Assembly (NCBI GenBank): GCA_000442015.1
Contig: KE561110.1
Location: forward strand, 1 to 34,396
Reading direction: 5' to 3'
Source: Rozella allomycis CSF55
Lineage: Eukaryota
DNA length: 34,396 nt
Part shown: positions 1-12,057 of the stretch, in pieces
Numbering within the stretch: position 1 is the first letter of the stretch
How the letters are laid out: every line of letters begins with the position of its first letter
Translations under genes and position numbers: made by a program
The notes under the pieces: model-generated
The model's database searches: none
What the model was told of the DNA's origin: nothing
What the model saw: only the letters and a program-made list of their open reading frames with translations

Positions 1-412
1 TCAACACTAGTAGAACCAAACGCAGTTTTCAAATTATGACATAGCGCTTTTAAGGCTAGAAAATCATTATCCAATTGTGACATGTTAGGAGAATAAGAAA
101 AGCTAACTAGTTCACTAACGGCGCTAATAGTATTAGCCACAGAAGCAGATGCGAAACGTGACAAAAGAGAATTCCATATATCTGTAGCACTAGAGTTAGA
201 GAATATAAATTGACTTCTTAATGTTTTATCCATATTTAACAGTAGACATTGAGTTGATAATTTTGAGTTGATAGGAACCTGATTCATTTCATTCCACATT
301 GAAACATTAGCTAGGAGTGATTGAATTTCAAAGCACCAGTCAAAGNGCGGAGAGTAGTTTCGACTTTGAATTTATCAGGAGTGTAGGATACTAATTGACC
401 TTGAGTTGGCAT
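1..412 (-). mobile_element. Ty1/copia gag fragment (degenerate)
   Basis: Minus strand reads MPTQGQLVSYTPDKFK..(N346)..FDWCFEIQSLL...SATDIWNSLLSRFASAS, resembling copia gag (W..L, AxxIWxxL..F). Stop near 60. Confidence 0.6.
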
Positions 413-562
413 GAGTGCTGATAACGTAAAAAGAAGTAAACGTTAAAGGTAATTTATTGAATTTATGCTGAGTATATATATGAGTGATAAATTAATTAGT
501 AAATTTCCATTTTAATTAAATAAATTAATTGGCAATTAATTTAATATTCTTGACAAGAACTA

Positions 563-715
563 ACTGATATGATGTTGGCAGATATATTAACGAAATCTTT
601 AAATACTAAACAGTTTATTAAAATAAGCAATTTAATCTGTATTCGTAGTTTAGACAAAATACAGTCAAAGGTTTTAAATAATGAGAATATTGCTAATTGC
701 AATATTGATTTATAA
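563..715 (+). mobile_element. Copia pol C-terminus (RNase H end)
   Basis: TDMMLADILTKSLNTKQF...*; ADILTK is the terminal motif of copia RNase H. A polypurine tract and LTR follow. Confidence 0.75.
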
Positions 716-828
716 AATATCTGCTAATCAAGCTTTTTCCTTATGCCAAAGGTTTTAATGCGATTAGTATAATATAATAGTGATAATCATCTTCTATCAC
801 TAGCATTCCTTTTCAGCTTGAAAGGGGG

Positions 829-983
829 TGTTGAGTTACACTAGCTAATCTTGGATACAATCTTCAAAGGTTATGTTTTTGTAACGAAAACATGGATGGA
901 AATTACTTTTATTTCTTTATCATTTTTACTAAATAAATTTTAACCCTGGCTCTAAAAGTTTTTGTTTCTATCTAGGTTCAACA
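829..983 (+). repeat. Copia 3' LTR (155 bp) preceded by polypurine tract
   Basis: PPT AAAGGGGG at 821-828, then TGTTGA (829) ... TCAACA (983) perfect inverted termini, with an internal AATAAA near 932. Confidence 0.75.
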
Positions 984-1575
984 AGGTTCTTTCATTTGAT
1001 CAGATAATAATTCACCGTTGTCAAAATGTGCAAAAGAAATATGACGATTGAAAAGATTGAAGAATCTTGTTGAATATTGTCGGTATGCATCAAACGCATC
1101 CGACTTTGCTCTAAGAAGAAAAACAGTTACATATCTTGAATAGTCATCAGTAAAGGTAATAGAATATTTGAATCCATATGATAGGTTAGAGAAGATAAGG
1201 GACCGCAAACATTAAAAAGATTCTTGACAAACATCAATATGAACTGTCTCGCCTGGTCTTGATGCTTTAGTTGATACGCCTAGAGGAAACGGAATTCTTT
1301 TTGCCTTTCCGTAAATACAAGAAATACAATCAAAGTTCTTTACATCTTCCGATAATTTGTTGAAAACCACAAGACCAGTTACTAAGGATGAACCAACAAG
1401 CTTTTGTAAATATTTTAGAGATAAATGATTAAATCTATGATGAAGTTCAGATAAGGTAAGCTTATTTGGATGGTGTGAAGTATAGGCAGAATATGTCTGG
1501 CCATGCACAAGGGGCAAATCAATTCTATACAATGAATCACTTGAGCTTATATAACCTTGCAACATCAATAAATTC
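984..1575 (-). mobile_element. Copia GAG-pre-integrase/integrase fragment (frameshifted)
   Basis: HHCC zinc motif (LHHRFNHLS...CISCIYGK), VHIDVC, YSITFTDDYSRY and FDNGE. Frameshift near 1210; cut at 984 by the LTR and at N1576. Confidence 0.9.
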
Positions 1576-1695
1576 NATCTATTTGCCCGTCCTGAAATGC
1601 AAATAACCATACTCAAGTAGTAGCTGGCCTTAACAACCTATGTGCTCATTTGGCTCAATCCATTGCTCGCATGGAAGAACGACAGTTTAGAAACG

Positions 1696-2340
1696 ATGAA
1701 TTACTCTTTTAACTTATCAATCGACTCTCTGTTGCTCCGTCTATAGCCCCGGTCGCTCAGAAGCAATCGAACAATAGTAGTCGCGTTCCCACGTCTTGTC
1801 CCACATTTGCTGATCTACCTGAAGATGATATTGATCTTTGGCTCGCTAAAGTAAACGCACAGTATGATGGCTACAATACTCCGGACCGTAAACGGTTTGA
1901 ACACGTGATTACCTTTTTGGAGTGGCCTGCGTTTCATTGGTTTAGAAAGATGCAACGTGACTCTTCATCAAAAGTTGCTTCATGGAAACCCCTCAACGAC
2001 TCCATCCGGCTTCGACGTCTAGACATAAACCAGATCTGATGACCAGCTTTCTCACTATGAAAAAGGAAACACGTTCTATTAATGAGTATATCGCGAAATT
2101 CTCTAATTTGTGTGATCAACTCAAAGAAGTTAATGATTTTACCAAAGTTTATGTTTTTGCAAAAGGATTAAATGACAAGTATATTAAAGGGCAAATATTC
2201 TCAAAGAAATGTTCCAATATTGAAGAAGCTTTTGAAATTGCAAGTGATTTTTGTAATGATTTTGATCAGCAGATTTTTGACTCTAGTTTTGTTCGATCAT
2301 CAGCTCACAAAGCCTCTCCCTGCCCCTGCCCTGGATGGCT
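1696..2340 (+). mobile_element. Ty3/gypsy-type gag remnant
   Basis: PTFADLPEDDIDLWLAKV...AFHWF, then (other frame) LTMKKETRSINEYIAKFSNL...FAKGL, the retrotransposon gag MHR pattern. Frameshifted. Confidence 0.7.
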
Positions 2341-2954
2341 AACGACAAATTCACCCCGGGTGTGACACACCCCTTGTACAAAGCCGGGACCTTATTGGTT
2401 GAATTTTTGTCACGTACTGTCACGTCTTGCGTGACAGAGGCTTGGTAAAAAAGATATAAATAAATATTAGGAACAGCAATGTCGAAAAAAGGGAGGATAT
2501 AAAAAATCAATAAAAGTTTTATTAAGATTTAGTTTCATAATCTGTGTCAGAACTCTCTTCATCAACAAAGTCTACTATTGATGTAGCTACCGTGTCTACA
2601 TTGTGGTCCAGATGAGAGCATAGAAAATGGACTCTCATATTTTTATTATCATATGAGCTACCAGAGTGAGGAAAAAATCCACTGAAAAAAAATGATACTG
2701 CCTTGGCAATGTCAATTTTTTTCATGTTACTCTTTTTCATAGCTGATATTTCATTGAGACTACCCTTAAACACATTAAGCTTTGTGTTGTCGTCAAGAGT
2801 CAAAATTNTAAAAAATGTGACATTTTAAAACTGCAATGTCTAGGTCAAAAGAGAAACTTTGTCAGGGGATAAAACAAAGTAGCCTTTTCTTCTAATTTCG
2901 CTATGGAAAAGTTTTTGATGAGGGCTTGTCAAACGATTAATTTGTTGAGTGATA

Positions 2955-3388
2955 TATTTTGTCACAGGCTTATGTCTGTCTTTGTACTCCTTGACTTTTT
3001 GTGCTCCTTTTCTCTATGAGAGGGATCTGCACGATATATCTTATTTATCTCTCTCTTCATTTTGAGCTCTTGAGCTTCTTTGAAGATACTTTTCCTCATT
3101 GGAAAATGGACCAGGGGGTCTCTATGAAAAACAAAGACAATCAATGGTAGTTGTATCGAAACTTTGAAATTGTACAAGTAAATAACCTGCCATGGAAATT
3201 TTAACTAATGACATTACAAATAAAGGGATTATAAGAAACATCCAAAATGACATTGGTAGAGTAGAAATNATATTTTGTCACAGGCTTATGTCTTTCTTTG
3301 TACTCCTTGACTTTTTGTTGCTCCTTTTTTCTATAAGGGGGATCTGCACGATATTTCTTATTTACCTCCCTCTTCATTTTGCGCTTTT
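2955..3388. repeat. Two diverged ~120-bp copies (2955-3070 and 3270-3388) of an unidentified repeat-family ORF fragment
   Basis: Both begin ATATTTTGTCACAGGCTTATGTCT; the minus strand encodes KMKREINKIYRADP...KEYK. The second copy is bounded by Ns. Confidence 0.6.
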
Positions 3389-3475
3389 NGAGTAGAAATA
3401 TATAATTTTTAAATAAACAAATGAATAAATATGTGATGAAATGGAAAAAGGTATGAAAATTGGTAATCATGGTAC

Positions 3476-3720
3476 CAAGTGACTAATGTCATCTGGAAGA
3501 GATGTTTACTCTGTTAATACTGTGATGATAAACATGTATCTCGCATGTCGAAAACGAATTTTAAATAGTTTTGGACCCCAGGATCTCGACCATGCGTGTC
3601 ATGCTACACCTGCTTCAAGTGACTAATGTCATCTGGACGAGATGTTGACTCTGTTGATACCGTGATGTTAAACATTTATCTCGCATGTCGAAAACGTATT
3701 TTAAATAGTTTCGGACCCAA
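3476..3720. repeat. Direct duplication of ~105 bp, period 140 bp
   Basis: CAAGTGACTAATGTCATCTGGA...TTTAAATAGTTT(T/C)GGACCC at 3476 and 3616. Confidence 0.85.
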
Positions 3721-3851
3721 AAAGTACATCACATATTTGTGTTAAAAGTAGACAGAGTAGTAGACATAGACATGGAAGTTTTTATTAAAGGTAAATAAAT
3801 AGACATGCAGTGTATTGAAATTTGATGTGATTTAATGATTGATGATAAATN

Positions 3852-6637
3852 CCACTACCAGATAACCCACCACCTGCCCCGTGACCCCTTTGCATGCCCT
3901 TTGCCTGCACCTAAACATACTAAGTACTTTATCCCCCATATCAGCAATAAGCTATACAAAATACAACTTTCGTATCGGGAACTTCCTGTCCACTGCCAAA
4001 ATGCTCTACAAGATATCCATTTACTCATCCCGCATGACCTTTACCCCCAACTATACATGGATCTCAAAACCATGAAAATTAATACAATCCAAGATATTGC
4101 CACATCTGACGGTAAACATATGCTGTCGTTTAACCAATATAAACTCCGCATTACCAACTTAAAAACTCGCGAAAGACTAGAAGAACAAACACAGTGCCTG
4201 ATTCCAAAAGCATATCTTACTCTTCAACAATTACTATGTAACGGTCCCCCAGACTTTTTTCACCCTAACCAAGTGCGAACTTTAAAACCTACTTTTCAAT
4301 TCACAGTTGTCAGTAAGCGTCGCCGACAGCTCCAAGGCGATGAACACCAGCAAATAACATCGTTACCACCCTTTCGTACCAACATCCTCAATGCCNAAAA
4401 ATCAATACAATCCAAGATATTGCCACATCTGACGGTAAACACATGCTGTCGTTTAACCAATATAAACTCCGCGTTACCAATTTGAGAACTCGCCAAAGAC
4501 TAGAAGAACAAACCCAGTGCCTGATTCCAAAAGCATATCTTATTCTACAACTATTACTTTGTACCGGTCCCCCAGACTTTTGTCACCCTAACCAAGTGCG
4601 AATTTTAAAACCTACTTTTCAATTCACAGTTATTAGTAAGCGACGCCAACAACTCCAAGGCGACGAAAATCAGCAAATAACATCGTTACCACCCTTTCGT
4701 ACCAACATCCCCAATGCCAACTTGACTGGCCATCAGGACCTATCTCGAACATACGTTACCGATGGCTCCACGGATCTACAAACCAACAAGCAAGGCTCGA
4801 GTGCTTTAATGATTGCAAACCACAATCCAAGAGAAATCAACTCAGGATTAATGAAACGTGCAATTCTCGCAAACCTTGAATCTCCTCTCTACTTAACTTG
4901 CGCGGAATTAATTGCAATAATTAAATGTCTCACTCACACCAAGGCATCCACCAACATTNCCCCAATGCCAACTTGACTGGCCATCAGGACCTATCTCGAA
5001 CATACTTTACCGATGGTTCCACGGATCTACAAACCAAAAAGCAAGGCTCGAGTGCTTTAATGATTGTAAACCACAATCCAAGGGAAATCAATTCAGGACT
5101 AATGAAAAGTGCAATTCTCGCAAACCTTGAATCTCCTCTTAACTCAACTTGCGCGGAACTAATTGCAATAATTAAATGTCTCACTCACGCCAAGGCATCC
5201 ACCAACATTACTATTTACACTGACTCGCAAAACTGCGTTGACATTGTTGGCCAAATGCACACTAAAGCAACCTGGACAGAATCTGACCGCCTTCGGTACA
5301 ATAACCAAACTATTATTGATCTTCTTCATCACTTATTGCTTCAGCGAACCGCGACCACAACCCTCGTCAAGGTTAAGGCTCACACTAGACTTAAATGGAA
5401 TGAGAATGCAGACGCACTCGCCAAATATGCATCCACAACACGAAAACAGGAACGCCTCTACCACTATAATCGTAACGATTCATATAAGCTAACATACATT
5501 CACCACAACAATCACAGATATGAGATCCAACCCCAGAAGGTCATTGGCCTCTTATATCACAGTAACTACTCCCACACCATTCACGTGGCACTCTCCAAGC
5601 ACTTTAACACTGCACCATATACAATTGAGTTAAAACTCACACTAAAACTTATTCAACCAATTAGGAATAACATCTATTTCTTATCAACAACTGAAACAGC
5701 CTTCCGAATCAAATATTTCTCCAACGCACTACCATGAAACTGCAGAAAAAGAATACCAAGACCTTGCGCCAGATGTCACTACCCATCCGAAACAACCCAC
5801 CACTTTATCGAATGCCCTGCTAACCTTCAGCGCCTCGATGATATGCGCCTTGCACTAGAACATTCACTAGCCACGGAAGAATTTCCAGACTCACTCCCCC
5901 CATCAAGGACGTCCTCACGACACTCAGCGTTTATAACAACAACCTCCTGTTTACCCCAACCGGGAAGGCCATCATAACGTCACAACTCATTGAAGTACTT
6001 NAACCCATCCGAAACAACCCAACACCTTATCGAATGCCCCGCTAACTTTCAGCGCCTCGATGATATGCGCCTTGCACTAGAACACTCACTAGCCGCGGAA
6101 GAACTTCCAGACTCACTTCCCCCCATCAAGGATGTCCTCACGACACTCGGCTTTTATAACTACAACCTCCTGCTTACCCCAACCGGGAAGGCCATCATAA
6201 CGTCACAACTCATTGAAGTACTTCACCCTTTCGCCATCCCGCGCCATAAACTTGAAAAACTCTTTCTCATCATCATGAGCCATTGGCTATTTATCATTTA
6301 CAAAACAATATGGAAGACTCGCAACATAGTTAACAACCAATATCAACAACCACCCGCCCAACAACCACCACCCCCTCGTGGNTATGGCAGACTCGCAACA
6401 TAGTTAACAGCCAATATCAACAACCACCCGCCCAACAACCACCACCCCCTCGTGGGGGACAAAGACCCAACAAAGGCATCTTACCGAGGAAATACCTCGA
6501 CTACACTCTGAGCTAATTATGAAAACCACTCATACACAATTACCCGTATATCGACCGATTCTCCTCTTTATCCCCCCGCGCAAACGCAAGAGGAAGACGG
6601 ATCACTATCGGGAGGGAACTGTGGGACCGTAATCTCT
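3852..6637 (+). mobile_element. Non-LTR retrotransposon (LINE) 3' half with RNase H and C-terminal CCHC finger; mosaic of several diverged copies
   Basis: RNase H motifs YFTDGS, AELIAI, IYTDSQ and VKVKAH..NENADALAK; CARCHYPSETTHHFIEC at ~5766-5820. Overlapping non-identical segments restart after N4396, 4959, 6001 and 6382. Confidence 0.88.
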
Positions 6638-6996
6638 NTCATCACTAATCACAATTATTTTTCACATAGGTACATGTTTTGTATGGTAGGAGGTGGAATG
6701 TTGCGTATTTATGCATGTAAAATTAGAAAATTCACAAAGGATTTTTTCCAGACACATCTATGGATCAAAAGTGTTATCCTAGGAGTACATCATCAAGTTG
6801 AATTGTCAGTCAAAGATAAAACCGCCACTGTTTTATATTTCATTACTTAAATTACTTGTTTTTATAAGATCAATTTTAAATCTGACTATTCGATTTGGGA
6901 CTTAATCCAAAATAAAAAAATGGACTTCAAGTCTCAGAAGTAATTGCAGAAATATTCCATAACTAAAATTAATAATACCAAATTTATTAATGTGCA

Positions 6997-7598
6997 TTAA
7001 GGGCAATATTTTCGAAGCAATTCTTCGCCGACAGAATTTCCTTGCAAATACTTCTTGACATATTTTAATGACAGTGTATTATGAGTGCTAGAACATAATT
7101 CTTTAAGATATTTAGCGTCTCTGTAGCTAAGCACTTGTATTAGGACCTTTCTATCATTGGCAAATTCAACGAATTGCAAAGCGACAAGATCATTTGAATT
7201 GGCTAAACATGCATACCAAGAATCTTCTTCTACAAAAGTATTCTGATTGCTTTCAAGTACTTTGTTAAAAGTATTCAAAATAACGCGTATCGCTCTTTCA
7301 TGGCCAATCGAGGCAATTTTAGCTAACTGCTGCGATATTCGCATTTTCTCGGTTATGGCAGCTTCTCTCAAATAATCCAGGCCTAAAGGAAGAGTGTAAA
7401 AGGAGTTGAACAATTCCTCAGTGAGAGGAGCGTAAGAGTTTATAGAATCAGATGAGGCATCAAACGCAAGAGTGAGTCTGTAAAAATAATTCACTTTTAA
7501 TGTATCATCAAGAATGCTGCAAATATAGTCAGCTATTAATGAGTTTCTAAAGCACCAAAACGACGGGACAAAGCACCTCATAACACTCCATGTGATGT
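6997..7598 (-). CDS. Hypothetical helical protein (5' end possibly truncated at N7599)
   Basis: 194-aa open frame with a weak ankyrin-like segment (IASIGHERAIRVIL); no recognised family. Confidence 0.5.
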
Positions 7599-7599
7599 N

Positions 7600-8618
7600 A
7601 GTGTCGTTATTATGAAAACGTATATCCTGAAGTGGATGATGTAGTTATGGTAAACGTTCGTCAAATTGCAGATATGGGTGCATATGTGCAGCTTTTGGAA
7701 TACAATAACATTGAAGGGATGATTTTGCATTCGTAATAATAAGTTTCGACGTTATAAATAGTGAACTTTCAAGGCGCCGTATTCGTTCTATTCAAAAGTT
7801 GATCAGGGTAGGGAAAAACGAAGCTGTTGTTGTACTCAGAGTTGATAAGGAAAAAGGTATGAAGAACATACATAAAAATTATTAGGATACATTGATTTAT
7901 CAAAAAGAAGAGTATCACCCGAGGATATTAAAAAATGTGAAGAAAGATATGGAAAATCTAAAGTAGTCAATTCTATTGTTCGAATGATTTCTGAAAAAAG
8001 AGGAATCCCTATGGAAGATTTAAATGCTAAATTTATATGGCCATTATACAAACAATTTGGTCATGCGTACGATGCCTTTAAGGCTGCTTTGAAGTAATAG
8101 ATATAGTTTGAAAATATATCAGTGACGCAGAAGGCGTTTTCAAGAACGTTGATATCACCGAAGATTTAAAAAATGAATTAATGACAATTATTCAAAGGCG
8201 TCTCGCCCCTCAAAAAGTTAAGTTTAGGGCAGATTTTGAAGTTCAATGTGCTGGATTTGAGGGGATCAACGCAGTCAAAGAAGCTTTAATTGCGGGTGAA
8301 AAATGTGGAACTGAAGACACCCCACTTAAAATTAGACTTGTGGCTCCGCCATTGTACATTATGACGACATCTTCCATGGAGCGTCAATCTACAGTTGAAT
8401 TGATGGAACACTCTTTAAAAGTTATCGGTGATATTATAGAAAAGAAAATGGGAAAGCTAGATGTTAAAACTAAGGTAAGAGATTAATTTTGACAATTTTA
8501 GCCTCGTGCGATGGATGATTCCGATGATTTAGAAATTGCAGCCATGATGGAACAGGCAGAAAGAGAAAACGCACAAGTTTCTGGAGATGAAGAATCGAGC
8601 GGTTTAGATGGAGAATAA
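7600..8618 (+). CDS. SUI2: Translation initiation factor eIF2-alpha (5' truncated); introns 7733-7761, 7857-7885, 8094-8122, 8475-8501
   Basis: Spliced product [61 protein letters not shown]...[12 protein letters not shown]...[11 protein letters not shown]...[11 protein letters not shown]. Ser51 (ELSRR) is intact. Confidence 0.97.
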
Positions 8619-8641
8619 TTTTTAAAGCATTTAATAAACAG

Positions 8642-8905
8642 TTATATTGGATTTTCTTTTTTCTTCTTTTCAATGTACGTGTCTAAAAGACTGTCCATAT
8701 ATAGTTTGCTAATGAAGGCTGTTAATGTACATGTAATGAGCATGGTCAAAACCCGGCTTTTTATATTTACAGGTTCCCTTTCAACATTTTTGTATTTATT
8801 CTTTAATGCTAATTTTGAGTGCATCTAACAATTACATGCTGGAGTGAAATTCTTCCCATTGGCGTACAATAATTTCAATTCTCGTAAAACTAACTTTCCT
8901 AGCAT
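8642..8905 (-). CDS. Small single-TM protein, possibly mitochondrial (~78 aa; intron 8809-8835)
   Basis: MLGKLVLRELKLLYANGKNFTPA/SLKNKYK...VLTMLITCTLTAFISKLYM...; a 27-nt GT-AG intron joins the frames. Confidence 0.55.
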
Positions 8906-9049
8906 TAAAGTCAATTTCGCAATTTCCAAGTTTCCAACAAGTCTAAGCTCTACTTCTAACAGAAAATTGGCGAAATAAATATTGAGAAAAACAATAATTA
9001 GAAACTAGTACTACTAAAATATTCTAAATGTATTAAATTTTTTAATTGT

Positions 9050-9463
9050 TTAATAATTCTTAAATTTAGTCATCCTCTTCCATCTTTTGGCTAGATATCT
9101 TTGTCTTAGACGTTTCTTTTGCGATTCTGAATAAATTGGTTTAGGATGTGCCTTTTTTATCATCAGCTTGTGGGTTTTATACTTAAAACATTCTAACGGC
9201 CCCGTTTCAACTTGTGTACTTTCTAAAGGAAAGTTGTAGGTGTTTGGCTTTGGCATATCCATAAAAGATTGATTACGTCTTAAATAATTAAAATTTATGA
9301 GTTACACTGTAAATGGATCATTGAAATCGATCAAATTGCTACTTGTTGGAAGGACCATTTGCATTGTCGTTGCTGGTGGACTACATAATGTGGTCAATGG
9401 AGCAAGGGGCAAAATAAATTGAGCTGCATTTCTTCTCAACAGAGACAAGGAGCCCAAGAACAT
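9050..9463 (-). CDS. Small basic protein with mitochondrial-presequence-like N-terminus (possible mitoribosomal protein); intron 9279-9305
   Basis: MFLGSLSLLRRNAAQF... joined by a 27-nt intron to a K/R-rich C-terminus, FKYKTHKLMIKK...KKRLRQRYLAKRW. Confidence 0.6.
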
Positions 9464-9737
9464 TACACCAAATTTGGAAAAAATCGAAGTCCGAAGAGTT
9501 ATTTCTCATGGCTCATTCCTTTACACTTAACGTTTTAAAAGACAATTTAATAGATTATTTTAACTCTTATGCTTATATAAATTACTAAACCTTTTCTTAT
9601 TTGACGCTAACAAGATCAGGCTTGCAAATGAAACGATGTATTGTTCATATCTAAGCATGAATTTATCTATATTAAATTGGTATAACTTATTCTGAAAACA
9701 GTTATTACAGGTAAATCAGTCTGAGCAGGGGTTGGTC

Positions 9738-10710
9738 ATGAACTGGACAGGAGGAAAAAGAAGAAGGTAAACTTACACCGTTTTACTACAAAGACTTTCG
9801 GAAGCGACTAAAGCAGATTTCTTTCGTCGATTTAGAAATCGTCATTATAATGACAACAATCAAATGATTGACATCACTAGACCAGAAAGTAACGTGCAAA
9901 GTGTTTGTTATCAGATTTCATACCAATTGAAAATGATCATGCACATATTATTCCAACAGTCCCTGTAAAATTCGTAGGAACTGAAGGACATTTGATTAAT
10001 GTGTGCAAAACCCCTGATAAGAAAAATAACTTACGACAACCAGGAGAAACCAGTGAATTTCCAATAGATAGAGAATTAGATGAATATTTGTTGAATGACT
10101 TCGAGTCCAAAATATGCAATTCCAGTGTCATACCAAACCCCTCCATAGATCCAAAAGGATTTCTTAACGATATGCAAGATATGCAATTAGATGTAGCCAG
10201 TCATTCAGAATTTACAGAATCCCATGCCAACTGGGAAAGCTTCTTTCATCAAGAAGAACGAAATTCAACACCTTTAGCTCAACAAAAACAAGAAGAAAAT
10301 ATAGTACCTAACAGTCCTTATCAAACTGAAGCAACGTTTCAAACAATAATCCCAGCAGGTAGCCCTTTTAAGCCCAATGAATGGCAGCTAAAGTTAAAAA
10401 GGAATTTGGAATCACTTGAAGGTTATTTAAGAAAGAATATGGAAGAATCTAATATTGAAGAGGAAAATAAACCGGTAGAAATGCAGTTTGGCAATGTCGT
10501 TATGGATGAAGCCGAATCCAAATCCAGACATACATTTCACGAATGCAATGAACTTGCAGAAGATGACGCAGAAAAGGAATTTGATGAAGTAATTTTAATT
10601 ATGTTGATGTATAGGACCCATTGGCCCAATTGTATGAAAGAGTAACAAAACTCGAGAGCCACGTTCAAAAACTGTTTTCTGTTGTTCAAGAAATTGCATT
10701 AAATAAATAA
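9738..10710 (+). CDS. HEIP1/REDIC1(C12orf40)-like protein, 297 aa; introns 9767-9793, 9889-9914, 10589-10614
   Basis: N-terminus MNWTGGKRRRLSEATKADFFRRFR, a disordered acidic middle and a C-terminal coiled coil (LYERVTKLESHVQKL). Spliced length 894 nt is in frame. Confidence 0.6.
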
Positions 10711-10711
10711 T

Positions 10712-11836
10712 CTATTTATTTTTCCAAAAACATAAACGAGAAGTTAGTTTTTCATCAATTTGAGGATGTGAAGATGCATAGTTAACGAGTATAAAGGCGA
10801 GAGTTACTAAAAGTGCTGAAAAGATCTTAAAATTAGCAGGAATGACATTGTTAATAAGAATTTCTCCTAAAAGAGTACCTGGGGTAATTAGAGATAAAGC
10901 TACAGCCGTTACAACAGGAGTGGTGTAATTCATAGCAACATACCAAAGATAAGTTGCTACTACCGAACAACATAAATTATTAATTGATAAGTGCCCAAAT
11001 TGGGCTAGTGTAGGAAGGTAAAATGTTTCTATTCCTGTAGCATGCAAAAAGACCAAAAGAGGAGGAATCAAAATCATAGTGTTAAATCCAACGAGACCAA
11101 AAAATAGAAATGGGTCAATCTTTGATTCGTCCGGAACAAACCATTTGAACAGGACCGAGTATAATCCGTAGAACAGCGCGGATAAAATAGCACATAAGTT
11201 TCCTATCCACAAGTTTCCTTCTTGATTAAACTCTTCTCGTCCAAGAACTATCATTCCGCCAACGCTAATGTTCCACTTTAAATAGTCTTTTTACCTAATA
11301 ATGACCGATGCCAATTTTAAAGCAGTAAGTTTTTCTAACTTACATACAGCACCAATCACTAAAGTGAAAAATGCAGATGTACTCATAAGGATTGCAGCTG
11401 AACCCACATAAGTTTTGCCAAAGGCAGCATATTGAAAATATTGAGCGCCAAAGTAAAGCAACGAAAAATAGACGCTGACTATATATGTCTGTTAAATTAC
11501 CAATGTAATTTTACTTTTTTTAAAGAAAGCTGCTCTTCACTTTCAGGCTCAACTTTTACCGACTTGATACATTCAAGATTCCCCGATGTTGCTGACTTAA
11601 ATTCAAGAATTTTTTTGTTTCTGTAAAACTTGAGTATATATGTAAGCAGAAAAAGTTGAAATGAGCAGACTGACAAATAAGCCGCGAAGGCATAATTTTG
11701 GTAGGTACTTAAAACATCCTAAATAATTTAATACAGTAAAACATACGCTCAACAAAAATGATGAAGCTATCCAGATAAACACTACTGTGTATATGGATAA
11801 CAGACCTTTCTGATATGGGGAAAGAAAAGCGTTCAT
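10712..11836 (-). CDS. EamA/DMT-superfamily transporter, SLC35F5/Thi74-like; introns 11265-11294, 11489-11514, 11719-11746
   Basis: GLLSIYTVVFIWIASSFL, ILMSTSAFFTL, GNLCAILSALFYGLYSVLFK, FFGLVGF, YLWYVAMNYTTPVV; multiple TM helices. Confidence 0.88.
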
Positions 11837-11954
11837 GTGTTCCAAGCCACAAATTTGTTTCCTCCAAAAATAAAAAAATGTAAACCTAATATTTGCCATA
11901 AAACTATGACTCTAATGTAATAAAAATACTAAAAATGATAGATAGGCAAAAGGC

Positions 11955-12025
11955 TGCATCCGCTGGGAATCGAACCCAGGTCTTTCGCTTGGAAGGCGAA
12001 AATTCTACCATTGAACCACGGATGC
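11955..12025 (-). tRNA. tRNA-Gly (anticodon TCC)
   Basis: GCATCCG-TGGTTCAATGGTAGAAT-TTCGC CT TCC AA GCGAA-AGAC-CTGGG TTCGATT CCCAG-CGGATGC-A forms a full cloverleaf, followed by TTTT. Confidence 0.97.
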
Positions 12026-12057
12026 TTGTATGGGAATCGATCAGTTAAAACAGTTTA

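Noticed and set aside
2361..2966. LTR bounded by TGTGACA...TGTCACA
   Set aside because: It spans N2808, and the right motif lies within a repeated coding-like fragment also found at 3270; no TSD.
4070..6460. True tandem duplications inside the LINE
   Set aside because: Each restart coincides with a single N, so these are most likely overlapping contigs from different copies.
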